From the NCBI GenBank assembly GCA_002501805.1, contig DAOI01000008.1, positions 31,420-95,419 on the forward strand: a stretch of 64,000 nt of DNA, read 5' to 3'. Origin of the DNA: Euryarchaeota archaeon UBA463 (lineage in GTDB: Archaea > Thermoplasmatota > Poseidoniia > Poseidoniales > Thalassarchaeaceae). A program made the translations under genes and the position numbers. Below the pieces are notes generated by a model, which worked only from the letters and a program-made list of their open reading frames with translations, was not told the DNA's origin and did not search any database. This document shows positions 44,385-54,300 of the stretch, in pieces. The stretch's first letter is position 1. The number at the start of each line of letters is the position of its first letter.

Positions 44385-46496
44385 TCAGAACTCACCTAGA
44401 GTTGATTGTCGCGGTATGGGAATATCTGCTAGAATTCCTCCTCCCAGTAGCTCATCGAGCTCGTCCTCGCCGATTATCTTCACACCCAGTCTTGTTGCCT
44501 TCTCCATCTTCGATCCTGATGAGTCCCCAGAAACTAGGAAATCGAGATTTCCCGATACCGATGAGACTACTTTCCCCCCTTGCGCCTTTATTGAGAGTGC
44601 TATCTCTTTCCTAGGCCTACTCAGGGTCCCTGTTATACAGAAGGTCTCCCCATTCAACATCCCTCGCGAAACTACCTTACTTTCCTCAACTATTACTATC
44701 TTTGAATGCAGGTCAATTATCGATTCTTTTCTATTCGAAATACCATCCAATAATAGATTGGCCACTACTTCTCCAATTCTATCTATTTTGACTAGTCTTT
44801 CAACCGCTTCTTCTCTGTGGGAGAGCATGTCGATCAATTCGTCCAAAGTCTCTACCTCAGAGCATATCAGCGTCGCTATCTCGGGACCGATTCTAGGTAA
44901 CCCCAACGCAGAGATGAATGTACTGAGCGTCATCGACTTACTATTCTCTAGTTCTTTGAGTATGTTGTTTGCTGATTTCTCGGCCATCCTGTCCAAAGAA
45001 AGTAGCTCTCTCTTCCTTTCATCAAGCCTGTAGAGGTCGGCGAGGCTAGAGACTAGTCCTGAAGAGCATAGTTGCTCAGCGAGTTTTTCTCCGATTCCAT
45101 CCAGTTCAAGTTTCCTGCACCAGTATAGTATGGTGCGCTCTAATCTGGAAGGACAATCCAAGTTGTTGCACTTTAGGAATGCCCCGTCCACGACTAGTGT
45201 GGTTTCACAACGAGGGCATTTGGAGGGGACTATGATTTCAGAGGCCTCAGGCAGTTCCTGATTGAATGGGGACCCGTCTGAATGGGTCCTTCCTTCGAGA
45301 TCATCCTGAGTGGCCCTACCCAGGACTTCTATGATTTTGGGGATTACGTCTCCTCTCCTTACTACTCTAACCTTGTCTCCGATGGACATTCCCAGCCTCT
45401 CTACTTCGCCTTTGTTGTGTAGAGTGGTATTCTCGACCGTCACTCCGGATACTATTACCGGGGCTATTCTAGAGACTGGGGTCACGTTTCCTGTTCTCCC
45501 GGTCTGCCAATCTACCCCCATAAGTACAGAAATCGCTTCCTGGGGGGGGAACTTCCATGCTAGGGCCCACCTAGGATGATGAGCAGTCATTCCGAGAAGA
45601 TCTCTCTTGTCCAGACGGTCCAGTTTTATTACGACACCGTCGATCTCCCATGGCTCTGAATATCTGCTTTCAGTCCATCTCTTAGTGATTTCAATAATCT
45701 TATTCGAAGTATCGTGATCTTCGGAGCCCGAGACAATCTCATTCCCAGCAACCTGTATCCCCATCGAAGATAGCCATGAAATAGCTTCTGAATCGTATTT
45801 GAATTCTGGATGATTGGGACTATCGGGATGTTTGGAGTCGCCTGAAGGAAATTCTACTCCATACGCGAAGAAGGCCAAGTCCTCTGCTCGTCCCTTTCCA
45901 GCGTCGATACTCTTCTGCCTGAGCGAGCCAGCGGCTAGATTTCTCGGATTGGGGGCTATATCGGAATATTTCTGCTCGAATATATCCAATGGCATGACCA
46001 CTTCCCCTCTAATATGACAATCTCCATCCCAAGCTAGCTTGTCTGGAACATTTGGAATTCTCCTTACGTTTGCTGTTACGTCCTCGCCTCTGGTTCCATT
46101 GCCTCTAGTGGCGGCTCTCACGAGTCTGCCTCTTCTGTACTCGAGTGAAAGTGCAGACCCATCTAACTTGGGCTGACACACGAACCTCCTTCCCTTTGCT
46201 GTAGTCTGAGATACGAAATGGAGGACTTGTTCCTCAGTATTGGCCTTATCCAAGCTCCTCATTGGGAACTCATGCACTATCTTTACCGACCCAGGAGGAG
46301 GATCCGCCCCCACTCTGGAAAGTTGTGGATGATTCGGGTCCAGGGACTCTAGCTCGTCCCTCAAGGAGTCGAACTCGGAATCACTAATCTCGGGGGAGGC
46401 TTCATTGTAATACTTATTCGAGTGGTATGAGAGAAGGTCCGCGAGATCATTGATTTTGAGGAGTTTTGCCCTCTCATCGTTGGCGTCTTCTGCCAT
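44385..46496 (-). CDS. ligA: NAD+-dependent DNA ligase LigA
   Basis: Adenylation motif CQPKLDGSA, OB-fold, Zn-finger CPRCETTLVVDGAFLKCNNLDCP, HhH region, C-terminal BRCT (FCITGTL...GGKVVSSVSGNLDFLVSG). Confidence 0.9.
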   Translation of the reverse strand: MAEDANDERAKLLKINDLADLLSYHSNKYYNEASPEISDSEFDSLRDELESLDPNHPQLSRVGADPPPGSVKIVHEFPMRSLDKANTEEQVLHFVSQTTAKGRRFVCQPKLDGSALSLEYRRGRLVRAATRGNGTRGEDVTANVRRIPNVPDKLAWDGDCHIRGEVVMPLDIFEQKYSDIAPNPRNLAAGSLRQKSIDAGKGRAEDLAFFAYGVEFPSGDSKHPDSPNHPEFKYDSEAISWLSSMGIQVAGNEIVSGSEDHDTSNKIIEITKRWTESRYSEPWEIDGVVIKLDRLDKRDLLGMTAHHPRWALAWKFPPQEAISVLMGVDWQTGRTGNVTPVSRIAPVIVSGVTVENTTLHNKGEVERLGMSIGDKVRVVRRGDVIPKIIEVLGRATQDDLEGRTHSDGSPFNQELPEASEIIVPSKCPRCETTLVVDGAFLKCNNLDCPSRLERTILYWCRKLELDGIGEKLAEQLCSSGLVSSLADLYRLDERKRELLSLDRMAEKSANNILKELENSKSMTLSTFISALGLPRIGPEIATLICSEVETLDELIDMLSHREEAVERLVKIDRIGEVVANLLLDGISNRKESIIDLHSKIVIVEESKVVSRGMLNGETFCITGTLSRPRKEIALSIKAQGGKVVSSVSGNLDFLVSGDSSGSKMEKATRLGVKIIGEDELDELLGGGILADIPIPRQSTLGEF

Positions 46497-46578
46497 GTTC
46501 TACGAGAGGGGGAGGGCCCCTTCAAGTTACGTCTTGGTTGTACGAAAACGTACCTTAGGTGTGCCCTGCAGTATTTGG

Positions 46579-46656
46579 TGGTGGGCCTGCCAGGATTTGA
46601 ACCTGGGTCGCGCGACCCCCAGCCGCGAAGTATAGGCCAAGCTAACCTACAGGCCC
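46579..46656 (-). tRNA. tRNA-Pro (anticodon GGG), CCA encoded
   Basis: Acceptor GGGCCTG/CAGGCCC, anticodon stem CGCGG/TCGCG with loop CTGGGGG, T-arm CCAGG-TTCAAAT-CCTGG, discriminator A, then CCA. Confidence 0.8.
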
Positions 46657-46706
46657 CTTTGTGGGATTGAAGCGTGAGAGCATCATTTGAAAGCCCTGTC
46701 GCTACA

Positions 46707-46922
46707 TCAATTCTCTCGAGGAACGCTGAACGGGGCGACCTCATCTATGAGTTCGACGTGTGAGAGGAACATCCTCCTGCAACAGTATCTCTCGAGACCT
46801 GCGTCATCCATAGCCTTCTGAGGGTCTTCACCCGATTCGACTGCCTTTTTGTAATCTGCATATGCGTGGGCAATAACCTTCCCACAGCTCCAACATCTGA
46901 CTGGAATAATCACTCTTTTCAC
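46707..46922 (-). CDS. rpoN: DNA-directed RNA polymerase subunit N (Rpo10/RpoN)
   Basis: 71 aa. [12 protein letters not shown]...RYCCRRM is the Rpb10/RpoN zinc-bundle signature. Confidence 0.85.
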   Translation of the reverse strand: MKRVIIPVRCWSCGKVIAHAYADYKKAVESGEDPQKAMDDAGLERYCCRRMFLSHVELIDEVAPFSVPREN

Positions 46923-47375
46923 CTACCTGTAAGACTTCTGCCACTTCTTCCTAGCACCGCGTCCCATTTGGTGCTTGGGTTCCTTACGCCTTGGATCGTT
47001 CACTAGAAGGCTTCTATCGAACCTTAGGTATTCATCTCTAAGTTCCTCGTCATCTCCCTCTGCTCCACCGTTCCATTTTACCAGTCCGCGGGCTATTGCA
47101 GTACGAATGGCATCCACTTGGCCCATTTGCCCTCCGCCTACTACATCGACATATACATCGACGTCTCCTAGTCTGTTCATTGCCTCTGCAATCTGAACGG
47201 GCTCGAGTGCCTTTCTCTGTGCTAGACTAGGGCCCATGATGTGAATAGGCTCGCCATTGACTCTGACTCTGCCCTGTCCCTTTCTGACGGTCGCTCTGGC
47301 AACGGCAGTCTTCCTCTTTCCACTGGTGTTGACTGAAATTTTCTTGCTCTTCTTCCTAGCCATACTATTCAGCAC
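46923..47375 (-). CDS. rps9: 30S ribosomal protein uS9
   Basis: [10 protein letters not shown]...GGG.MGQ..A...AIARGL and the C-terminal ...KKWQKSYR, typical of S9. Confidence 0.9.
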   Translation of the reverse strand: MLNSMARKKSKKISVNTSGKRKTAVARATVRKGQGRVRVNGEPIHIMGPSLAQRKALEPVQIAEAMNRLGDVDVYVDVVGGGQMGQVDAIRTAIARGLVKWNGGAEGDDEELRDEYLRFDRSLLVNDPRRKEPKHQMGRGARKKWQKSYR

Positions 47376-47850
47376 TCCATCTTGTTGAGTCTATTCCCAG
47401 GGCCTCGCTAATATCTCCGAGTCTAACGAACTTTAGCGGCAGAGGCTTGTCTATAGTTGATGTGTCTCCCCACTGGTGCCCATCGGGCAAATCCTCCCCA
47501 CTTAGGTTGGAAGGGGTACCGATCATTACTCTGAGATCTCTCAAAGAGTTCCTTCCACTGCTATTCTTCTGGTACGGTAGCATTCCTCTGACGGTTCTCT
47601 TGAAAATCTGGTCTGGCATTCTTGGATAGAAAGGCCCCTTACGAGCGTGATTAAGCTCATACTTCGCCCTGTACTTTCCGAAGACCCTCTTCTTGGGCCC
47701 GGAGACTATTGCATTCTCTGCGTTTACGATGATTACCCTCTGCTGCTTTCCACTCTTTCTGGCGGTTAGCATCTGAGAAGCGACGTGACTGGCGAGTCTT
47801 CCAAGGATTTTATCGCTAGCATCGTAGACTAGTGTGTGTTGTTCATCCAA
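47365..47850 (-). CDS. rpl13: 50S ribosomal protein uL13
   Basis: [19 protein letters not shown]....[13 protein letters not shown]...[18 protein letters not shown]. Conserved position between L18e and S9. Confidence 0.9.
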   Translation of the reverse strand: MDEQHTLVYDASDKILGRLASHVASQMLTARKSGKQQRVIIVNAENAIVSGPKKRVFGKYRAKYELNHARKGPFYPRMPDQIFKRTVRGMLPYQKNSSGRNSLRDLRVMIGTPSNLSGEDLPDGHQWGDTSTIDKPLPLKFVRLGDISEALGIDSTRWSAE

Positions 47851-48208
47851 GGATCCTCACCCCCTTTCCTTCGGGGTTTTCCTTCATCAGTTCCCTGATA
47901 GTAAGGACGCGTCCTCCTGCGCCTTCAATCTTGGTCCTAGCTCCGGAGCTGACACTGTAGGCGGCGACGCTGGGCTTTCCCTCTACCTCTCCACTTCCAA
48001 GTAGCTTTCCAGGAACAAGGACCATGTCCTCGGTGGAAGCATGCCTTGACAGGCGGCTCAGGTTTGGTTCTGCCCAATTGCTACGACTCGCTTCGAGTCG
48101 TAGCGCCACGTCTCGCCATAGTGCCGAACCGGTGGACCTGCTCTGCTCCTTCAAATCGCCAATTAGGGCGATAAGGGATTGGTTGGTCTTTCTGTTCTTC
48201 TTACTCAT
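47843..48208 (-). CDS. rpl18e: 50S ribosomal protein eL18 (L18e)
   Basis: 121 aa. N-terminal KTNQSLIALIGDLKE...ALWRDVA.RL, and position as the first gene of the archaeal L18e-L13-S9-RpoN cluster. Confidence 0.8.
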   Translation of the reverse strand: MSKKNRKTNQSLIALIGDLKEQSRSTGSALWRDVALRLEASRSNWAEPNLSRLSRHASTEDMVLVPGKLLGSGEVEGKPSVAAYSVSSGARTKIEGAGGRVLTIRELMKENPEGKGVRILG

Positions 48209-48316
48209 ATGACTCCCTCGACGTTACTTGGGTAGGCGGGCCACCTGAGGCCTTGTTATGAATGCTACGGGCTCTATGAGAGGGGCTATTTCCCACTCAA
48301 AGAGCCTCTTTCGCAA

Positions 48317-51300
48317 TCAAATCTTGAATCCTGAGTCAGGATCGTCCTCGTCTACCCCTGCTAGCCTCACTTGTCCTTCTGAGTCGACGAATTCCCCTGC
48401 ACGTGTAACGGATCCGTACATTGACGACTCGTTGTCTGAGGTTCTCATCAGTACGCTATCTCCTAGGGAGACTGTCATGTGATTGATTATTGACTGTAAT
48501 GTCGATATTGCACGGTCTCTCTGTTCAGCACCGATTTCGTGATTGGAGTATCTGGCTTCCTCGAATAAGGCGAAGAACTCGTCGAGATCTTCCGGAGGGG
48601 CTATTCCTCCGAGCATGGAGTTAAGTGCGTCCTCGAACTCTCTAGTAGTCTCATACACCTTCTTCATTGCCCCTCTCTTCCTGAAGAACCTAACTAGATC
48701 CTTGTAGCAGTTGAATATGGTCTGAATGAAGTCATTCGATGCCTTCAGAGACATCAAGGAATCGGTTAGAATACCTCGAATAATCTCTATTCTTCTGCGC
48801 TCTGCATAGTTCCTGTACATTATTGCCCCGATTAGTAATGCGAACGAGAGTGCAATGAGTAGTACTACTGTGACCTGCGCTGTGAAGAAGCTCGTTTGAC
48901 CCTCTGGCTGTGTCGTATCCAAACGAATCAGGGGTGTGTTTTCCAAATCCTCTCCTTGGTAGAAAGAGGATTCTTGGAAGTGAACGGTAACCTGCCATTT
49001 ACCGTCTACGGCACACGGCCATGGATTCCCGAAAGTATCCATTTGACCACATTCACCAGCGAATGGTACATCTTCTCCTAGGTATGTGAAGTTGAACTCT
49101 GCCTCACCCTGCTCGTTTGTAACGTCGTACTGAGGAGGGATATTGACCCATCCAGTGCCATTCCAGTATTGTATCTTGAAGATCACAGTTTCTCCGGCGA
49201 CTGCAACATCGAGTCTGTCCCTCAGGATGGCTACCGAGCCTGTGATATCATCTCCGGGCTTGTATCCGACCGGATCGGACCAGTGGTTCTTCAGAAGGAT
49301 ATCCACTCTACTCCTTACGAGGACCTCCATATCCATGAATGAGCTGTTGACTACCGGAGTAGTCTCCGCTCTACATCCGCCTGGAAGCTCCCTGTCAGGC
49401 TCATATGCAACTCTCAATGTCCGGAAGCCCTCCAGAGATTCTCCGTCTGGCTCTATCCCTCTTCTACTCGGGTTATCGTCGGGATCTCCTGAGAACCACT
49501 TAACCCAACCTGTTCCATCTTCTGTGATCATGGTCCCGATAGGCCGTGTATTGGTCTCTGGGTTGATGTAAATATTCAGACACTTTCCTCCTATTGGGTT
49601 GCCATTGACCTGTGTCAAGAGAGCCTCTACGTGGAATGACTCTTTCAAGTACACAACAGGGAACTCTGAGCCATTTTGGAATGTGTATGTATCTACATCG
49701 GACCTGAACGGACCAACTTCCATAATCTGCATTGTCGAGTTGGAGAATACGGGGAAAATTCTTGTCGACGAAGAGTTACTGTATCGGTATCTATCGTTGT
49801 TCTCGTATGAGTTGAATTGAATATTGACTCTTGCTTGACCGGCAGTCACTCCAGATAACGGACAAACAATTTCGAAGAAACCGTTAGCATCGGTGGTTCC
49901 GGGAATACATGAGATAACGCCCAGAGAAGCATCTACCATCTCATAGGTAATCCTGATTGCTCTGTTAGAGAGGTTCGAGCCCAGTTCATCAGTTAGCTGA
50001 CCTGTAACGATCATCGGCTTTTCTATGGCCTGGCCGGTGGTGGGGTCAATTTCAGAAGTGTATACTATCTGATCATCAACTGATAGCTGGGTCCTACCTA
50101 TCAGGCTAAACCCATCTACTTGGAACTGCATTACCTTCCGGTAGTGATCGCTATTGACGACTAACGCACAGGGGTCCCAAGCCCCGGACGTTTCCAGAGC
50201 GTCAGCATCCAGAGGTTCACAACCCTCATGTGGAAGGTTTTCAGCGAATCTGAGTATCACATTGACGGGTCCAAAACCATCGGGAAGGAATGAGTTGGGG
50301 TCGTCCTTGAGGAGCTGGGGGTTCAGTAGTAGGTTATGGTAAATCGAGCCTGCGTTCGGACAAAGGGTCTCGATGATCTGCCGATGAGTTCTGTCTTCAA
50401 AATCAGTACCTTCCATTATCAGCAGTACCTCTCCACCGTTCTCAAAGCATCCGTCCAGTGCCTCGCCGAGGTCTTTCTCCACCGCGGTTCTGTTATCATC
50501 TGTTACTTGCCCTGAGAATTCCCATATATCTCCCGCCTGGAGTAAATTTGGAGTGGTACTTTGTACGCTCAGATATGTTCTGGAGACAACCCATAAGCTA
50601 GTGTCGGAGGAACTCCCTTGTCTGAATGGATCGCCGGGGTATGTCACTCCCAGAGTGAAGTTACCTAGCTCATGGAACTCGTCAATAGTTAGGTTGACCT
50701 TGAGTACTCCGTTGTTGTCAGTGATAGCGACACCTGCAGAGTTGTCAGCTGACCATGTGTAGTTAACTGGGGCGTCTCTCACTGGTTGGAACGCGTTGTC
50801 TATGAGTCGAGCTTCAAGAGTTACGTTCTGACCACGATATAGTCGGGGTATGGAGCTGAACTGGAAGTCGGTTGTACCGATAACTGATACGTTCACATAT
50901 GCACCGGTTGGAGCAAGAACGGATGTCTGATTTCCTGTGAAGTAGTAGTTTGAATTGGTAAAGTCGGCCCTTATTCCGAAAACACCTGCAGAGTATTGGG
51001 AATACCAGGTCCAGTTGTAATCGAACTGTGCAACACCATCGATCATACTGGGGACCCTGGCGAAGCCCGTCTCAGTTGAGCCAGCAAATACGCCGTTTCC
51101 ATCAACATCTACCTGTAGTGCCATTGGGTCATGGGGCCATGGGACCATCGTACGGTTCCATACAGATCCAACTACCCTTAGAGACTCGCCGGTAAACATC
51201 TCTGGGACTATTTCACATCTGACGTCACTATCTGGGTCTAGTGGATCGACCGGACCACAGGGGGGCACGTTGAAATCCCCTCCGTTCTGCATGGCTATGA

Positions 51301-54300
51301 ACCAATGAGTTCCATTGGAAGAAAGGAATGGCCTCAATCTAGAAGCCTCTCCTGCGAGAGACTGTGGGTTTCCGTCCCATAGTATCGGGTAGGGCTTACC
51401 TAGGCTTACGTCTTGGTAGTCCAGATTAGCGTTCGCCAATGATGGCGAGTGGAATAGCGCCCTCCATGCTCCGAATGTGGAGCCGGTAAATTGGGTAGCG
51501 TCCCAGAAATACACTGGGCGTATTGAAGGAGTTATTATGTCTGCCTCAACATACATTCTGTGCATAGACCTGATGTTGAAAGAGTCGGACTCATCCCCTT
51601 CGAGATAAGGCCATGGAAGCTCAGAGCCGAGATCTGGTCTAGAGTACGCAGTAAAGGTATAGTCGCCTATTGGCAGGCTGGTCGAAGTGTAGTTGTACCT
51701 ACCGATAACATTGTGCGTTTTTGAGAAATCGTCCCATACTATCTCCTCATATCCTCCGGGAATAGCACCGGGACCGTTATCCATTGTGGAGTTCCATTGA
51801 ACCTGCTTCCAGATTCCTTGGCTGCCGGATTCTTGAACGAATGTGAGAGAAATCCATCCTCCCTCGTCGGCCCTGTATCCATAACCATATCCATCGAAAA
51901 CAGTGGGGTTGGTCGTATTACCAAATGGTCCACCTGAAACATTGAATGACACCGGAGCGTACGATAGCCTATTGTCGAAGATACCCCTATCCCAGTCTGC
52001 CGCGTAGTGAACCTTGTAGTCAACGAAGAGGGGTTGCTCGTCACTTCTGAAGTACGTCCATGCTACATAGTCAACAGTGGTGTTTGCTCTGACTTCTACC
52101 GGTACGGGCTCTGTGGTGGCCCCATCATGGACGAACATCTCTGTAACTTCGGCATATATGTTGTAAGTAGAAGATGGCCCGACTTCTAGGTCCTCGGGGA
52201 ATAGATATTGGCCCACCTCGAACTCTCCGTTTTCATCGGTTAGCACATCAATGGTCTCTAGAGCTAGAGTACCATTTGAGGCCCACTCGATTATTACTTG
52301 AACTGGTACGTTTGGAGCTCTAGTGAAGACTCCCTGCTCGGGGTCCAGCCAATCTACGCTACCATTGAACTTGGCAGGGAAGAACGCATCGAGCCACAGA
52401 ACTTGCTCCGTGGAGAGTGTGATTCTAGTTGGTATCTTATCATCCTCATCGGGTATTCCATCGTTATCCTGATCCCAGTCGGACGAGCCGTTCCAGTCTT
52501 CTTCCAGGTGATCCCAGTCAACGTCTGTTCTATTGTCCGCATCGTCATCATTATCGATAGCATCTGGTCCTGTGCTGGGATCTGTTGGGTTAGCAATTCC
52601 TGAACCGTTACCAAAGTCATCATGATCCCATGGATTGGTGGACTCTGAGTCAAAACGGGTGGGCCAGAGCATGACTTCATCTTCATCCTTCATTCCATCG
52701 GCGTCATCATCATCGTCTATATCGTCCCTTAGGCCATCATTGTCGTGATCCCATGGAGTGATGAAAGGAGTGGCTCCGGACTGCTCAATCACATTGACGA
52801 TACCATCGCCATCCCAGTCGTTGTCTGCCCAGTTTGGTATACCATCGTTATCATGATCCCATGGACTCTGCTCCTCACCTGTGAAGCAACCCGGGAGTGT
52901 TTCTTGAACTGCATCTGAAACTCCGTTGTTATCGTCGTCTGGATCCTCTCCGTCTGGGATACCATCATTGTCGTTGTCTACATCGTAATATCGGGGGGAG
53001 AGCAGTCCCTGGCCAAGTAATCCCTTGTCCCAAACGGCCTGATACCACCCGTCATCATCAGGGTCGGTGTCTGTACCATCATCGTCCCCATCCTCACAGT
53101 TGGTTCCTGTGAAGAAAGAGCCCGGTGGTTCAGTGTTAGCATCGTCATCTAGGTCGTCGTTGGAGTCTATATCGAGGAAGTCCCATACTCCGTCATTGTC
53201 GTCGTCTATGTCCCAGTGATCGTACACCCCGTCAAAGTCGTCATCTAGATCTGCGGTATCATTGAACATACATTGGGGTTCCATATTCCCAGCTACAGGA
53301 GCACCACAATCGTCATCGGGATCCACATCGTTATTCAGGAGGTCAGCTACCTCGTCAGGGAACATATTAGCATTGGAATCGGCCCCCCACTGGAATAGGC
53401 CTCGGTTTACCCCAACGAAAGCAATCCACAAATCTCTGTTGTCCTTGATGTCAACATAGGAAACAGCTGAGCTTGGGCCTACGTCTTGGTTACCATTGAA
53501 ATCAAACCAGAAGCAATTTTTGTTACATGTCCATTGACCATTGGAGTTACTACCGTTGTAGGATCCTTGATCCCATTGGGGGTCGGGCCGAGTGGAGTAT
53601 GGCAATGTGTAGATTCCAAATCCTTGTCCTGTCTCCTCGAGAATGGGCCATCCGTACAGCCAGGCCAGTTCCACACCACATGCTATTGGTTGGAATCCAA
53701 TCTGGAAGTACATGTAGAACAGTGATAGATCGCATTCTCCATCATTCAGAGACCCTCCAAAAGACGGATCATTAACGTCTAGTCTGCCGTCTGATCCTTC
53801 GTCTTGATCCCACCAATCTGGCATTCCGTCAGCATCCATATCGACATCGATTCCATTAATCAGGGAGTCTCCGTCCATATCGATATCGAAGTAATTGTTG
53901 CCATTCCATGGACTCCACTTCATCATGACGTGCCAGTACATCTCAGGCACTACTCCATTAGAGTCCATTGTAGTGACTCCTGTGGCAGGGTCTGTTGATT
54001 CCTGATACCCATTGTATGGGAGGATGAAATCGTGATTTTCAGCGAAGAAAGGGCTGAAATGCCAGAACTGATCCCACCTCAGAGGCTGAAGGAACGTGTA
54101 TGTTGTGCTGTCGTCACTGCCGTCGATTGTATCACCATCTTGATGCGAATATGAATTGTCGAACTGGTCGGTAGAGTCGCTATCAACCACTCCACAGTTG
54201 CCATCATCTGGATCATATAGATCTGATATTCCATCGTTGTCGTCATCCCAGTCAATGTCGTTGGAGAGGCCATCGCCATCGATATCTGTATCGATATCGT

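Noticed and set aside
44350-45033. A 227-aa serine-rich ORF antisense to the 3' part of ligA.
   Set aside because: It is a shadow frame of a confidently identified ligA (HhH/BRCT region). Poly-S and low-complexity sequence indicate it is non-coding.
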